A stretch of 64,000 bases of DNA from Malacoraja senta (taxonomy: Eukaryota): the NCBI GenBank assembly GCA_038087875.1, contig CM075987.1:26476001-26540000 (forward strand). Direction: 5' to 3'. A model generated the notes under the pieces. That model searched no databases and was not told where the DNA came from. It saw only the letters and a list, made by a program, of their open reading frames with translations. The position numbers were made by a program, and so were the translations under genes. Shown here piece after piece: positions 49,023 through 60,932 of this stretch; position 1 is the first letter of the stretch, and every line of letters begins with the position of its first letter.

Positions 49023-50137
49023 TCGGGTGCTGTCTGTGTGGAGATTGTATGTCCATTTGGCCCAAGCGAAATATGAGATGCTGGTCCTCCAATTTGCGCT
49101 GGGCCTCACTCTGACAGTGGAGGAGGCCCAGGATAGAAAGGTCAGTGTGGGCAAGTTGGTCTCTGTCCCAAATGGACAGCGTGCAGTAGGTTCCCCTGGA
49201 GGGCAGACAACTGACAGCCGACTGCCTGCTGTGTGGGAGGATTAAAACAGTCCCTTTTGGCAATAAGTCAGTCACTTGACATTTTAATGGCAGATTTATG
49301 TGGAGCTGACAAAACCTAATTCCTCATTGTTTTTTGGAAGTTCAATCAGTGTCATTGTACATGCAAATTTGCAGTGAATCCCTCCACTGCAATGTCTAAA
49401 AATACACCAAGTCGTGCACTGACGACCAGTTACCCAAATAAACACCGGCAAGTGAGAAGATAGATACTCAAGGCTGGAGGAAACCGGAGATCTTAGAGAA
49501 AATCCACACAGGTCACGGGGAGCACACACAAACTCCGTACAGACAGCCCCCGTGGTCAGGATCGAACCCGGGTCTCCGGCGCTGCAAGGCAGCAACTCTA
49601 CCGCTGCGCCACCGAGCCGCCGTAAACAGTAGCTCAGCGGGACAGGCAGCATCTCTGGAGAGAAGGAACAGGTGATGGTTTGGGGTCTGAGAGTGAGGGG
49701 AGAGGGAAACTAGAGATATGGAAGGGCAAGGTGTAAAAACTGCAGAACGAAGCGGTTGATAATCAAGGAAATGTTCACAAGGTTTACAAGTTATAGGAGT
49801 AGATTAGGCCATTCGGCCCATTGTGTCTACTACACCATTCAATCGTGGCTGATCTCTCTCTCCATCCCAATCCCATTCTCCTGCCTTCTCCCCATAACCT
49901 CTGACACCCGTTCTACTCAGGAATCTGTCTGTCTCTGCCTTAAAAATATCCACTGACTTGGCCTCCACAGCCCTCTGTGGCAATGAGTTCCACAGATTCA
50001 CCACCCTCTGACTAAAGATGTGATGTAAGTGTAGATTGCTTCATTGTGTAGGAAGAAACTGCAGATGCTGGTTTACACCGAAGATAGATACAAAAAGCTG
50101 GAGTAACTAAATGGGTCATTTTTGGCTTTGGGGCTTC

Positions 50138-50637
50138 TGTATGCGTGCTTGCATGTGTGTGCATGTGTGCGTGCATGCGCGTGTGTGTGTGTGTGAGTGT
50201 GTGCCTTGTGTGTGTGTGTGTGTGTGTGTGTGCGTGCATGTGCGTGCGTATGTGTGTGTGTGTGTGTGCGTGTGTTTGCGTGCATGTAGGTGCGTGTGTA
50301 TGTGTGCGTGCGTGTGTATGTGTGCGTGCGTGTGTATGTGTGCGCGCGTGTGTATGTGTACGTGTGTTTGCGTGCGTGTGTTTGCGTGCATGTAGGTGCG
50401 TGTGTATGTGTGCGTGCGTGTGTACGTGTGCGTGCCTGTGTATGTGTACGTGTGTTTGCGTGCGTGTGTTTGCGTGCATGTAGGTGCGTGTGTATGTGTG
50501 CATGCGTGTGTATGTGTGCGTGCGTGTGTATGTGTACGTGTGTTTGCGTGAGTGTGTGCGCGCGCATGTGTTTGCATGTATGCATGCATGTGCACGTGTT
50601 TGTGTCCATGCGTGTGCGTGTGCGTGCATGTGCGTGT
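50138..50637. repeat. Complex GT/GC/AT alternating purine-pyrimidine microsatellite
   Basis: Seen directly; it has higher-order units such as GCATGTAGGTGCGTGTGTATG. Confidence 0.95.
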
Positions 50638-51256
50638 TGAGCTGCCTTTTCTGACGTTACCCTTGTCCATCCATCACTGGGCAGCGGTCAACACCCATCT
50701 ATTGGCCGCTGCACTCACTTCTGCATCTTTATTCCATTGGCTGACGTGAAACACAAGCACACATTCACTGGAGAACTTCTCACCCCTGGTCTTTAAATAA
50801 GGTCATGAAATATTTAGCATTCATTCAATCCATCAAAGCAGCGAAACAGATCTAATTTAAAAATCATTAATTTCTGATATCACCAGTGATGCTGAAAACT
50901 CCAATTGCCCATGAGAAGGTGGGAGTGAGTTTCTTCCAGTAAACCATGAATTTCTATCATTGCTTTTGTCAATAGCAGTCTAGTTTAATTTAGTTTAAAG
51001 ATACTGCGCGGAAACAGGCCCTTCGGCCCACCAGGTCTGCGCTGACCAGCGATCCCCGCACATTAACACTACCCAACACATAATTTACCAAGCCAAATAA
51101 CCTACATACCTGTACGCCTTTGGTGTGTGTGGGGGAAAGCAAAGATTTCGGACAAAACCCACAACATCTTCGTGAATCTTCTCTGCACCCTTTCCGACAA
51201 GGACAAGATTCATGCTTGCCAAATATATGTATATACTTCACTTTGTCAAGTTACAA

Positions 51257-51618
51257 TCAATATAACTCCCCCTCCCATTCCGTATCTGACCTCTCTGTCC
51301 TGGGTCTCCTCCATGGCCACAGCGAGCAACACCGGAAATTGGAGGAAATGCACCTCACATTCCGCTTGGGCAGTCTACATCCTGGGGGATGAACATTGAA
51401 TTCTCCCAATTCTGCTAGCACTTGCTGTCCTCTCCCCTTCATCAGCCCTCTGGTTGTCTCCTCCCATCCCCTAGCCCTCGGGCTCCTCCTCTGCCTTTTT
51501 TCCTTTTTTCCTTTCTTCTCCCCACCCCCTATCAGTCTGAAGAAGGGTTTCGGCCCGAAATGTTGCCTATTTCCTTCGCTCCATAGATGCTGAGTTTCTC
51601 CAGCATTTTTGTGTACCA
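51257..51618 (+). mobile_element. Penelope-like element 3' end (GIY-YIG C-terminus, UTR and hammerhead-like motif)
   Basis: DLSVLGLLHGHSEQHRKLEEMHLTFRLGSLHPGG, then GTCTGAAGAAGGGTTTCGGCCCGAAATGTTGCC at about 51535-51567. A related peptide lies on the minus strand at about 49060-49150. Confidence 0.75.
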
Positions 51619-51682
51619 TCAATATAAGGGATTTGCAAGAATATTAAGATTTCCTCTGGACCACCTAATGGGTTAAACCTAG

Positions 51683-52180
51683 AAGCATAGAAAATAGGTC
51701 CAGGCGTAGGCCATTCGGCCCTTCGAGCCAGTACTGCCATTCAATATATTCATGGCTGATCATCCAAAATTTTCGCTTTTTCCCCCATATCCCTTGATTC
51801 CTTTCGCTCAAAAAGTGAAATCTAACTCTTTCTTGAAAACATCCAGTGAATTGGCCTCCACTGCCTTCCGTGGCGGGGAATTCCACAGATTCGCAACTCT
51901 ATGGGTGAAAAAGTCTTTCCTCATCTCAGTCCAAATTGGCCTACCCCTTATTCTTCAACTGTGTGACCCCTGGTTCTGGACTCCCCCAACATCGGGAACA
52001 TTGTTCCCACACTTTGCCTGTCCAATCCTTTAAGAATTTAACGTTTCTATCAGATCCACTCATCCTTCTAAATTCCAGTGAATACAAGCCCAGTCGACCC
52101 ATTCTTTCATCATATGTCAGTCCTGCCATCCTGGGAATTAACCTGATGAACCTACGTTGCACTCCCTCAATGGCAAGAAT
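51683..52180 (-). mobile_element. CR1 3' fragment
   Basis: ILAIEGVQRRFIRLIPRMAGLTYDERMGRLGLYSLEFRRM. Confidence 0.85.
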
Positions 52181-53430
52181 GGGCGTTGGGCCACTGTGCA
52201 TTGGGCCGACTCGATGACTCTACAACTTGTCAAGAAGCAAGATTGCAAACAACTAAACCCTTTCATTTACAACGGCTCACTGCACCTTGCACCTTGCACC
52301 TATCCTCCTGGAATCCTGATGTACACCTTCGCTGCTTAATATAGAGAGCTAAAGTTAACCCGTTAGCCCGAAGAGCTGTGTCTAATTCTTTCTTGAATAC
52401 ATCTCTAATTCTCTCTTGAACACATCCATATGTATATCCATTACAAGCAACACATAATGGGGACAAGAGAGCTCAAAGAACATGTGACCACAGAATCCCA
52501 GCCTGCTCAACCTCTCCCTATAGCTCAGACCCTCAAGTCCAGGCAACATCCTCGTAAATAGACTAATGGTTGCTCTCTCTCTCTCTCTCTCCACTGCGTG
52601 GGATCCTTACTTTGAACCACTAATCACAGCTGTACAACCATCCATTACCGAGAAGATTGCAAGAAATTTCAGACAGGAGAAGGCAATTTGTCTATCCAGT
52701 TATCCGCTGCGTTCTTTATAACAGTTAACAATCTTGAATTGTTTGAGATGAAGCAATGAATCTATTTTTTGGATGAACTAATCATTCTCATTCCAGTGCA
52801 CACATCAGCATTTCTTCTGTATCAATAACATTTTGTCTGAATTGTCTTCAGTTTGAATCTTGAGCCCTGTTAGTTTAGTTTAGAGATACAGCGCAGAAAC
52901 AGGCCCTTCGGCCCACCGAGTCCGTGCCGACCAGCGATCCCCGCACATTAACACTATCCTACACACACTAGGGACAATTTTTACATTAACCAAGCCAATT
53001 AACCTACAAACCTGTACGTCTTTGGAGTGTGGGAAGAAACCGAAGATCTCGGGGAAAAACCCACACAGGTCACGGGGTTAACAGACAGCACCCGTGGTCG
53101 GGATCGAACCCGGGTCTCTGGTGCTGTGAGGCTGCAACTCTACCGCTGCGCCACCGTGTTATTCTTGCAACTGTTCTTCCCGGCTGTTATCAGGCAACTG
53201 AACCATCCTACCACAACCGGAGAACAATGCTGATCGACTATCTACCTCTTTGGTGACCCTCGGACTATCCTTGATCGGACTTTGCTGGCTTTACCTTGCA
53301 CTAAATGGTAATCCATTATCATGTATCTGTACACTGTAAATGGCTCGATTGTAATCATGTCGTCTTTCCACTGACTGGATCGCACGAATCAAAAGCTTTT
53401 CACTGCACACATGACAATAAACTAAACTAA

Positions 53431-53668
53431 AGGGCCGGTCCCACTTGGCGATTTTTCCGGCGACTACCAGCATCATTGACTGATGTATCAGGCCACCGGA
53501 TTTTTTTTTGGCATGACACGGTGTGATGACGTATTGACGCGCGGTGTTTTTTCAAGTGTCGCAACATTTCTTTGTCACCGCTGGATTTTGAAATGCTCAA
53601 AATCTTTTGGCGACACTGATATGACGAAAAAAATTGCCGAAAAAAATCGCCGAGTGCGACAGGCCCCT
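53431..53668. mobile_element. PIF/Harbinger-type MITE
   Basis: TAA-AGGGCCGGTCCCACTTGGCGATTTTT ... AAAAATCGCCGAGTGCGACAGGCCCCT-TAA. Confidence 0.75.
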
Positions 53669-54840
53669 TAAAACTCTGCAAATAGCGGAGAATCTGTTTG
53701 ATTTTAACTTGCAAGTAAATCTCCTTGAAATCTTCGGAATCAAACCTTCTCCTCCAGAGAGCAAATCCCAAGTTGTTGCATTCCATTTTTGCAGCTCACA
53801 AGCTTTTAAGTTCGACATTGGCCACAGAGGCCCTCTGCATAGCTTCCCTTTCAAGTAATGTATGTGAGTTACTCCATATACTGCATTTAATATTTTATAA
53901 ACTTCGGTAAAGCTCTATTAGCCATCTTGCTTTCCTGCCCCCCTAGACAGCAGCTTGTAAACCTCGCTGCCTGCGTTCAGCTGGGGATTCAGTCCGTACT
54001 GTAAGAGCCAGATGGTGTCAAATTAAATTAACCTGCTTGACACCTAGGTTCAAGCCCGCTACTGTATGCTGAGTCTCTTGCCCTTCACAGCTCATTATTC
54101 ACACCAGATCAGTTTTGTGCTCAGTGACCTTGTTGAAGCCTCAGGTACAGCGTGTTGCTGCAAAGACTGGTCCAATTACAAGAACACCCCGCATCAAATC
54201 TCTCATATAGACAAATTCATTTTCTTTCTTGAGTGTCATTTGTTTGGGGCGGCACGGTGGCGCAGCGGTAGAGTTGCTGCCTCACAGCGCCAGAGACCCG
54301 GGTACGATCCTGACCACGGGTGCTGTCTGGACGCAGTTTGTGACCAGCGTAGGTTTTCTCCCAGATCTTCGGTTTCAATAGACAACAGGTCCCTTCGAGC
54401 CAGCACCGCCATTCAATGTGATCATGGCTGATCATCCCCAATCAGTACCCCGTTCCTGCCTTCTCCCCATATCCCCTGACTCCACTATCTTTAAGAGCCC
54501 TATCTAGCTCTCTCTTGAAAGTATCCAGAGAACCTGCCTCCACCGCCCTCTGAGGCAGAGAATTCCACAGACTCACAATTCTCTGGGTGAAAAAGAGAGT
54601 TTCCTCCCATGTTCCAAACATGTGCAGGTTTGTAGGTTAAGTGGCTTGGTATAAATGTAAAATTGCCCCTAGTGTGTGTAGGATGGTGTTAATGTGCGGG
54701 GATCGCTGGTCGGTGCCGACTCGGTGGGCTGAAGGGCCTGTTTCCGCGCTGCATCTCAAAACTAAACTAGTTGTCACGTGTACCAAGGTACATTGATACA
54801 CTTTTTTGTTGCGTGCTAACCAGTCAGCAGAAAGACAAAC

Positions 54841-54872
<32 letters not shown>

Positions 54873-54913
54873 AAGATAGAAAGATAGAAAGATAGAAAGA
54901 TAGAAAGAAAGAT

Positions 54914-54952
<39 letters not shown>
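54841..54952. repeat. (GATA)n/(GAAA)n compound microsatellite at a CR1 tail
   Basis: Seen directly. Confidence 0.95.
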
Positions 54953-55435
54953 AACTAGGTGCAGGAGGAGGCCATTCGGCCCTTCGAGCCAGCACCGCCA
55001 TTCATAGTGATCATGGCGGATCGTCCCCTATTAATAACCCGCGCCTGCCTTCTCCCCATATCCCTTGACTCCACTAGCCCCTAGAGCTCTATCTAACTCT
55101 CTCTTAAATCCATCGATGGTATACATTTTTTTGTGTGGCTACAGGGTGAAGTTTTAACGTGAGTGGGTAACTTGCAATTTACGATCGGTATTGGTCCTCA
55201 TAGCTTTATGAGGCTGAGCATAATGCGGGTCGATGGTATACAGTCAGTTTACAACCAGGCTAGACAGCAACTGAATTCCTTCCATTCTCGTGAAATCTTC
55301 AAAGTACAATCTTAGTTGACAGGTGAAAAGCTTAGTCATAATTGTCATTTTTCAAAAAGAAATATTTGCATTTATCTAATGCCTTTTACAATGCCCCAAA
55401 GCAGTTTCCAGCCATAGAAAGAATTGAGAGATTTA

Positions 55436-55821
55436 AGGGCCTGTCCCACTGTACGAGGCAATTCAAGAGTTCTCCCAAGATCTCCCCTGATTCGAACTCG
55501 GAGAATTACGGTAATAGCCGTTCGTAGGTACTCAACACTGTGAAAAATGTCCACGAGTAAAAAAATACTTGTGATGAAAAAAATGGTTACTTTTTACTCA
55601 CACGAGCCGCGACGAGACATCCACGAACTCCTGCGGACCTGCTACGGACATTCTCCGAGTTCGAATCAAGGGAAAACTCGGGAGAACTTTGAGTCTGAAG
55701 AAGGGTTTCGGCCCAAAACGTTACCTATTTCCTTCGCTCCATAGATGCTGCTGCACCCGCTGAGTTTCTCCAGCATTTTTGTGTACCATCTTGAATTACC
55801 TCGTCCAGTGGGACAGGCCTT
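55436..55821. mobile_element. PIF/Harbinger-type MITE with a nested Penelope-derived repeat (about 55693-55789)
   Basis: TTA-AGGGCCTGTCCCACTGTACGAGG ... CCAGTGGGACAGGCCTT; body homologous to 48363-49022. Confidence 0.75.
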
Positions 55822-58800
55822 TTGGGCTTGAAGAATAAAGCTCATCCAAGACTTTGTGTAAGCATTCTCCTGACTTTCTTTGAATTCATCCATGGTATGC
55901 CCTATACTGAGTAGTAGGCTGGTTTAAACCGAAGATAGACACAAAATGCTGGAGTAACTCAGGCAGGACAGGCAGCATCTCTGGAGAGAAGGAATGGGTG
56001 ACGTTTCGGGTCGAGACCCTTCTTCAGACTGATATCACCCATTCCTTCTCTCCAGAGATGCTGCCTGTCCCGCAGAGTTACTCCAGTGTATTGTATACTC
56101 TATATTCACCTCAGGAGGTAGGCAGGGCCGGCGAGTGCAGCAGTTCAGCGGTTCGACACTGCAGCTTAGTTTTTGAGCTCCAAGTATCTGAGGTGGGATT
56201 TGGATGCAAATCTCTGAGGGACGGGATGCTTTGACAGAGCCACGGTTGATCACACAGGCAAGGAGGGGGGCCATTAGACGATGCAACCCCTCTGCTTCCA
56301 GAGTCAACGCAAGTCAGCCCCAGCACATGTTTAACTTCTCCCCAAGGGAGGCTGCATTGTTCTGGGTCTCTGGGCTGTTGGAACTGGTATAAATAGACCA
56401 TTATCAGCAGTGCAGGGTTGAGCCCACAGCTGAGCTGACCTGGTACAGCTGCACAGAGTGGAACCAATTCATCTCAACAGGCGTTTGGAGATAATTATGG
56501 ACAAACAAAATGTTAGAGACACTTGTAATCTCGCACATCGTAAACTAATCCTTTGATGGTTCTCCGTGCTTGGTGATGAAAGCATCAGAGCTAAGCAGGC
56601 ATGAAACATGTCAAACTCCCTCCTTTCATTATAGTCTGGTTAATCATTTGCAATGAAGCAATGCTCTCAATACACACGTCAGCATTTGTCTAGGTACTTC
56701 AAGGAAATGCACTTCTCCATTAAATATTGTAACAAAATATATTCCTTGTTCCTTTTTTTTTCTTTCAGACGTTTAACACTCGCGTGTTAAAGTTTCACAC
56801 CCTACTTTTCCTTATCTCTGTTCAAGAAAGAAATGCAGATGCTGGAGAAATCGAAGGTGGACAAAAATGCTGGAGAAACTCAGCGGGTGAGGCAGCATCT
56901 ATGGAGCGAAGGAATAGGTGACGCTTCGGGCTGAGACCCTTCTTCAGTCTGAAGAAGGGCCTCGACCCGAAACGTCACCATTCCTATCCCTATCTCTGTG
57001 TCTCCCTCTCCCCTGACTCTCAGTCTGAAGAAGTGTCTCGACCCGAAACATCACCCATTCCTTCTCTCCACAGATGCTGCCTGTCCCGCTGAGTTACTCC
57101 AGCATTTTGTGTCCATCTTCAAAAATAGGCCAGTTGGCCCGGCCCATCATCCGGTCCAACCATCAGGAACTAGAGGCAGGAAACATGTTCCCGATGTTGG
57201 GGGAGTCCAGAAACAGGGGCCACAGTTTAAGAATAAGGGGTAAGCCATTTAGAACGGAGACGAGGAAACACTTTTTCACACAGAGAGTTGTGAGTCTGTG
57301 GAATTATCTGCCTCAGAGGGCGGTGGAGGCAGGTTCTCCGGATACTTTCAAGAGAGAGTTAGATAGAGCTCTTAAAGATAGCGGAGTCAATGGATATGGA
57401 GATAAGGCAGGAATGGGATACTGATTGGGGATGGTACACAAAAATGCTGGAGAAACTCAGCGGGTGCAGCAGCATCTATGGAGCAAAGGAAATAGGCAAC
57501 GTTTCGGGCCGAAACCCTTAAGGGAATAGGCAACCCTTAAGGAAATAACCCTTAAGGAAATAGGCAACGTTTCGGGCCGAAACCCAAGGGTTTCGGCCCG
57601 AAACGTTGCCTATTTCCTTCGCTCCATAGATGCTGCCTCACCCGCTGAGTTTCTCCAGCATTTTTGTGTACCTTCGATTTTCCAGCATCTGCAGTTCCTT
57701 ATTAAATACTGATTGGGGATGATCAGCCGTGACCATATTGAATGGTGGTGCTGGCCTGAAGGGCCGAATGGCCTACTCCTGCACCTATTGTCAATTGTCT
57801 CCCACTCCCCTGACTCTCAGTCTGAAGAAGTGTCTCAATCCGACCATCACCCATTCCTTCTCTCCAGAGATGCTGCCTGTCCCGCTGAGTTACTCCGGCA
57901 TTTTGAAGGTAGGAATGCAGGAGTTACTTGAAGTTAGAGAAATCAATATTTTCCCAAGCCTGTCCGACTAAATAAGAGATTAAAAAATTGAAAGCCAGTC
58001 TTTCAGAAGCTTGCAATTGCGCCCATCACTTGGAGGTGTGCAACCAAAATAAACAAGCAATCACAAAGAATTGCTTACAATTGATTCTCAGGAGATTCAT
58101 AAGTCCATGTGATAGGAGCAGAATTAGGCCAATCGGCCCATCAAGTCTATTCCGCCATTCAACCATGGCTGATCTATCTCTCCCTCCTAACCCCATTCTT
58201 CTGCCTTCTCCCCGTAACCCCTGACACCCGTACTAATCAAGAATCTATCTATCTCTGCCTTGAAAATATCCACTGACGGCCTCCACAGCCTTCTGTGGCA
58301 AAGAATTCCACAGATTCACCACCCTCTGAGTCACAGAATTCCTCCTCATCTCCTTTTGAAATGAACATCCTTTTATTCTGAGGCTATGGCCTGTGGCCCA
58401 AGACTCTTCAACTAGTGGAAACAGAAACTCTCCATCCACCCTATCCAGGCCTTTCACTAATCAGTAAGTTTCAATATCAATAACAATGGATATTTTTAAG
58501 ACAGTGATGGGTAGATTCTTGGACACAAAAAGCTGGAGTAACTCAGCGGGACAGGCAGCATCTCTGGAGAGAAGGAATGGGTGACGTTTCGGGTGGAGAC
58601 CCTTCTTCACAAAACTCCAGCTTTTTTGTGTGTCTGTCTTCGGTTTCAACCAGCATCTGCAGTTCCTTCGTACACATGGATAGATTCTTGATTAGTATGG
58701 GCGTCTAATCTCTTATGATCTAATGCACTAGCTGCATGGATGCTTTGAAAATTAAGTCTTCGTAAATTTGAACAGGAATGGCATGCTCTCTGTAAAAGTG

Positions 58801-60177
58801 CCGACATTAAAGATGATCCATGCTTTCTGCATTTTGGTCTCAATATCCACCCCCTCCATTGTGTTATAATTTCAGAGCTTGAGACGAAAGAAGGCTTTGT
58901 GTGTAATGTCATTTGTAATGGCATTCATAACCATTGGATATCCTAAATTGATTAACAGCTAATTAAGTATTTTTGAGGATTCATTTAGAAAATGCATAAT
59001 TTGTCCACTGGCAATTTATTACAAAGTACAATGAAATAATTGCCCAAATCAGATTGTTAATGCGTAGGTAGTTGAGTAAATCTTGGCCGGGACTCTTGGA
59101 GAAGCAATTTCTCTGAACCATGTAAATGACTGAAGCCAAATTCAGAGAGTTGTGAGTCTGTGGAATTCTCTGCCTCAGAGGGCGGTGGAGGCCGGTTCTC
59201 TGGATACATTCAAGAGAGAGCCAGATAGGGCTCCTAAAGATAGCGGAGTCAGGGAATATGGGGAGAAGGCAGGAACGGGGTACTGATTGTGGATGATCAG
59301 CCATGATCATATTGAATGGCGGTGCTGGCTTGAAGGGCTGAATGGCCTAATGCACCTATTGTCTATTGTCCCCCACTCCCCTGACTCTCAGTCTGAAGAA
59401 GGGTTTCGACCCGACACATAGCCCATTCCTTCTCTCCAGAGATGCTGCCTGTCCCGCTGAGTTACTCCGGCATTTTGAAGGAAGGAATGCAGGAGTTACA
59501 TAAAGTTAGTGAAATCAATATTTTCCCAAGCCTGTCCGACTAAATAAGAGATTAAAAAATTGAAAGCCAGTCTTTCAGAAGCTTGCAATTGGGCCCATCA
59601 GTTGGAGAAATACTGTTAGAATATACATGTATTTAATTCAGCAACTGAGTGGAGGCAGACACAAAATGCTGGAGTCACTCAGCGGGTCAGACAGCATCTC
59701 TGGAGAAAAGGGAATAGTTGACGTTTCGGGTGGACCTGAAATGTCACCCATTCCTTTTCTCCAGAGATGCTGCCTGTCCCGCTGGGTTACTCCAGTATTT
59801 TGTGTGGTCTCGACCCGAAACGGCACCTGTGAACTACAGTAAGTTCATATGTTCATTAGACACAGGAGCAGAATTAGGCCATTCAGCCCATCGGGTCCAC
59901 CCCACTTTTCCATCGTGGCTGATCTATCTTTCCCTCTCAACTCCTTTCTCCTGCCTTCTCCCCATAATCTTTAATACCGTAAAAAAGGCCCGCTAAACTT
60001 TATTAAAAGTTGTCTGGCTTCTTAAAAGTGTCTCCACTCCTCCCCCCCCCTTTTCTCCCCCCCTTTTCTCCCCTTCTCTCCCCCTCCGCGCTCTCTAAAG
60101 GACTTACCAAACTGTGCCAGCCGTCTTTTACCTTCCTGTTCACCGTGGGTGTGAATTTCAGACAGCGCTCCCCCGCC

Positions 60178-60932
60178 GTGTGTGTGTGCGTGTGCGTGTG
60201 CGTGTGTGCGTGTGTGTGTGTGTGTGTGCGCGTGCGTGCGCGTGTGTGTGTGTGTGTGTGCGCGTGTGTGTGTGTGTGCGTGTGTGTGTGCGCGTGTGTG
60301 TGTGTGTGTGCGTGTGCGTGTGTGTGTGTGTGCGCGTGCGTGCGCGTGTGTGTGTGTGTGTGTGCGTGTGTGTGTGTGTGTGCGTGTGTGTGTGTGTGTG
60401 CGCGTGTGTGTGCGCGTGTGTGTGTGTGTGCGCGTGCGTGCGCGTGTGTGCGTGTGTGTGTGTGTGTGTGTGCGTGTGTGTGTGTGCGCGTGTGTGTGCG
60501 CGTGTGTGTGTGTGTGTGTGCGTGTGTGTGTGTGTGTGCGTGTGTGTGTGTGCGCGTGCGTGCGCGTGTGTGTGTGTGTGTGTGCGTGTGTGTGTGTGTG
60601 CGTGTGTGTGCGTGTGTGTGTGTGCGTGTGCGTGTGTGTGTGTGTGCGCGTGCGTGCGCGTGTGTGCGTGTGTGTGCGTGTGTGTGTGTGCGCGTGTGTG
60701 TGCGCGTGTGTGTGTGCGTGTGCGTGCGCGTGCGTGCGCGTGTGTGTGTGTGTGTGCGTGTGTGTGTGTGTGTGTGCGTGTGTGTGTGTGTGCGCGTGTG
60801 TGTGTGTGTGCGCGTGTGTGTGCGCGTGTGTGTGTGCGTGTGCGTGCGCGTGCGTGCGCGTGTGTGTGTGTGTGTGCGTGTGTGTGTGTGTGTGTGTGCG
60901 TGTGTGTGTGTGTGCGCGTGTGTGTGTGTGTG
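60178..60932. repeat. ~750-bp (GT)n/(GC)n alternating microsatellite, apparently inside a MITE-like element that ends with a TIR near 61005-61019
   Basis: Seen directly; AGTGGGACAGGCCCT lies downstream. Confidence 0.95.
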
